Source: an uncultured Verrucomicrobiales bacterium (GTDB taxonomy: Bacteria > Verrucomicrobiota > Verrucomicrobiia > Verrucomicrobiales > DEV007). From it: 24,689 nt of DNA. Of the stretch, positions 23,333-24,689 are shown piece by piece. Position 1 is the first letter of the stretch; every line of letters begins with the position of its first letter. Position numbers and translations under genes: made by a program. The notes under the pieces were generated by a model. It was not told the origin of the DNA, did not search any database, and saw only the letters and a list, made by a program, of their open reading frames with translations. The stretch is taken from NCBI GenBank assembly GCA_937893785.1, contig CALCSP010000587.1:1-24689 (forward strand), in the 5' to 3' direction.

Positions 23333-24508
23333 ATGAAGCAGAAGAAAGCAAAACGCGTTGCGATAGCCTTGGAGATGGAATGGGGATTTAAGCGTCACTT
23401 GGAAACTTATGCGGGATGCCAACGCTACGCTGACAAAGCGGGGTGGGAATGCTCCATCACTCCGTCAACAGCAAGCTTCTTGGAAACAGAAAATGGGGCA
23501 CCCCCTTTCGATGGTATTCTGGCGCGAACCACAACATCATTAGCCACAACAGCTGATCGTATGAACATACCAGTGGTGAATCTTTGGATGAACTCTCCCG
23601 TCAAGGGGCTACCTAGTGTATTTCCTGAGTTTGATGTTTCTGGAAAAATAGCTGCCGAGCATTTGTTAAATCGCGGATTCAAGCGATTTGGTTACCTAGG
23701 CTTCTCCCGTGACAAGGATGCCGTATCCCAGCTATCCGGTTTTCGTAATCGCCTCAATAAGGAGGGCTTGGATTGCTCAGCCTTCCGCTTTTTGCGTCGG
23801 GGTGCCACAACAACTACAAAAGGATGGAAAAACCTTATTTTGGGTATGGAGAAATGGCTGGCGACTCTTCGCCCTCCAGTGGGTATTTTTGTGGTGAATG
23901 ACCTCTATTGCCGCTACCTGATTGATGTTTGTCGCGCAAAAGGTCTGAGTATTCCGGAAGATCTTGGCATTATCGGAAGCTCTAATGAAGAAACGATATG
24001 TGCCTCACCTAGTCCCACACTCACCAGCATTGACCTAAACTTTGAGAAAGTAGGTTACCGTGCTGCAAAGCTACTCGATCAACTCATGCTCGGAGAAAAA
24101 TGTCCCAGCAACCCAATATTAATACCGCCTAATACCATTGTCCCCCGCCAGTCTACAGACTCCTATGCGGCTGATCACCCGGTTGTTTCTCGAGCCTTAC
24201 GATTCATTTCAGAAAATGCCCACAAACCTATCAAGGTCAATGATGTCGCAAATAAAACCGGGATCAACCGACGTAGCCTTGAACGCCAGTTTCACCAATC
24301 GCTCAACAAAAGTGTGGCAGGAGAAATCACGCGACTAAGGATTGCCAGGGTGAAACGTCACCTGATCGAGTCAACCTCCCCTCTAAAAACCGTTGCTAGG
24401 GAATGTGGGTTCCGTAACGCTGACCATCTCTACAAGGTTTTTACGCGTATTGAAAAAATCACTCCATCCCAATACCGGAACCAACTAAGTAATCAGGGAA
24501 TCGCCTGA
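23333..24508 (+). CDS. XylR-family transcriptional regulator (LacI-type ligand-binding domain + C-terminal AraC HTH)
   Basis: IAAEHLLNRGFKRFGYLG, RPPVGIFVVND, IPEDLGIIGSSN, PTLTSID, PPNTIVPRQSTD, then RALRFISENAH...VNDVA...RRSLERQF...LRIARVKRHL...VARECGF...LYKVFTRIEKITPSQYR. The architecture and length match E. coli XylR; the ligand is not inferable. Confidence 0.92.
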   Translation: MKQKKAKRVAIALEMEWGFKRHLETYAGCQRYADKAGWECSITPSTASFLETENGAPPFDGILARTTTSLATTADRMNIPVVNLWMNSPVKGLPSVFPEFDVSGKIAAEHLLNRGFKRFGYLGFSRDKDAVSQLSGFRNRLNKEGLDCSAFRFLRRGATTTTKGWKNLILGMEKWLATLRPPVGIFVVNDLYCRYLIDVCRAKGLSIPEDLGIIGSSNEETICASPSPTLTSIDLNFEKVGYRAAKLLDQLMLGEKCPSNPILIPPNTIVPRQSTDSYAADHPVVSRALRFISENAHKPIKVNDVANKTGINRRSLERQFHQSLNKSVAGEITRLRIARVKRHLIESTSPLKTVARECGFRNADHLYKVFTRIEKITPSQYRNQLSNQGIA

Positions 24509-24687
24509 AACATTTGCTCAATCTTTATTTCTCCTCCCGTCATCTTGATCTGAAGGTCAAAGAAACCCGCGTCTTTGGCCTTGTGCAGGAATCCTACCGA
24601 GATGAGATCCCCACGCCTTGAGAAACTACTAGGCTTGTCCCATCCAACCTGCTCAAGCATTCTGCCCTGAACAGCTGGAGCATGCCG
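24493..24687 (-). CDS. 3' end of a probable hypothetical gene entering from the right edge; overlaps the regulator's 3' end by 16 nt
   Basis: This is the only minus-strand frame open from the right edge: RHAPAVQGRMLEQVGWDKPSSFSRRGDLISVGFLHKAKDAGFFDLQIKMTGGEIKIEQMFQAIP*, with TGA at 24493-24495. It has protein-like composition but no recognised motif. Confidence 0.45.
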   Translation of the reverse strand, partial: RHAPAVQGRMLEQVGWDKPSSFSRRGDLISVGFLHKAKDAGFFDLQIKMTGGEIKIEQMFQAIP

Positions 24688-24689
24688 AT

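Noticed and set aside
1-24689. CRISPR arrays, integron cassettes, IS elements, tRNA/rRNA, toxin-immunity system
   Set aside because: No regularly spaced repeats, attC-like palindromes, transposase/integrase motifs or structured RNA genes were seen by eye. The small membrane genes have no adjacent toxin-like gene.

Overview
This looks like a bacterial carbohydrate-decoration-removal and periplasmic redox locus of the kind seen in the PVC group (Verrucomicrobiota/Planctomycetota); the taxon is inferred from the gene families only. It has two leftward gene runs, each headed by a divergent rightward gene. Run 1 (23188 to 16314) carries three paralogous GQSN-type SGNH esterases (SASA/CE6-like, 354, 477 and 842 aa), three small membrane genes and a small secreted protein, and is divergent from a XylR-type (LacI-sensor + AraC) regulator. 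Run 2 (14671 to <1) carries a YdjY-domain protein, a PDZ-DUF6288-HEAT protein, a tandem active+degenerate sialate-O-acetylesterase-like protein and two di-heme (CxxCH x2) DUF1592/DUF1588 + Tat-signal DUF1552 pairs, and is divergent from an S1 sulfatase. The last DUF1552 gene is missing from the ORF track and runs off the left edge. Two things read directly from the sequence tie the runs together. First, the same 21-bp-period direct-repeat element sits in both divergent intergenic regions (25/32 identical, same orientation, about the same distance from the leftward start codons). Second, a ~280-aa Cys-loop module is shared between the 842-aa esterase and the 1202-aa DUF6288 protein. I saw no rRNA, tRNA, CRISPR array, transposase, transporter or recognisable glycoside hydrolase. 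All family names come from motif recognition, not database searches.
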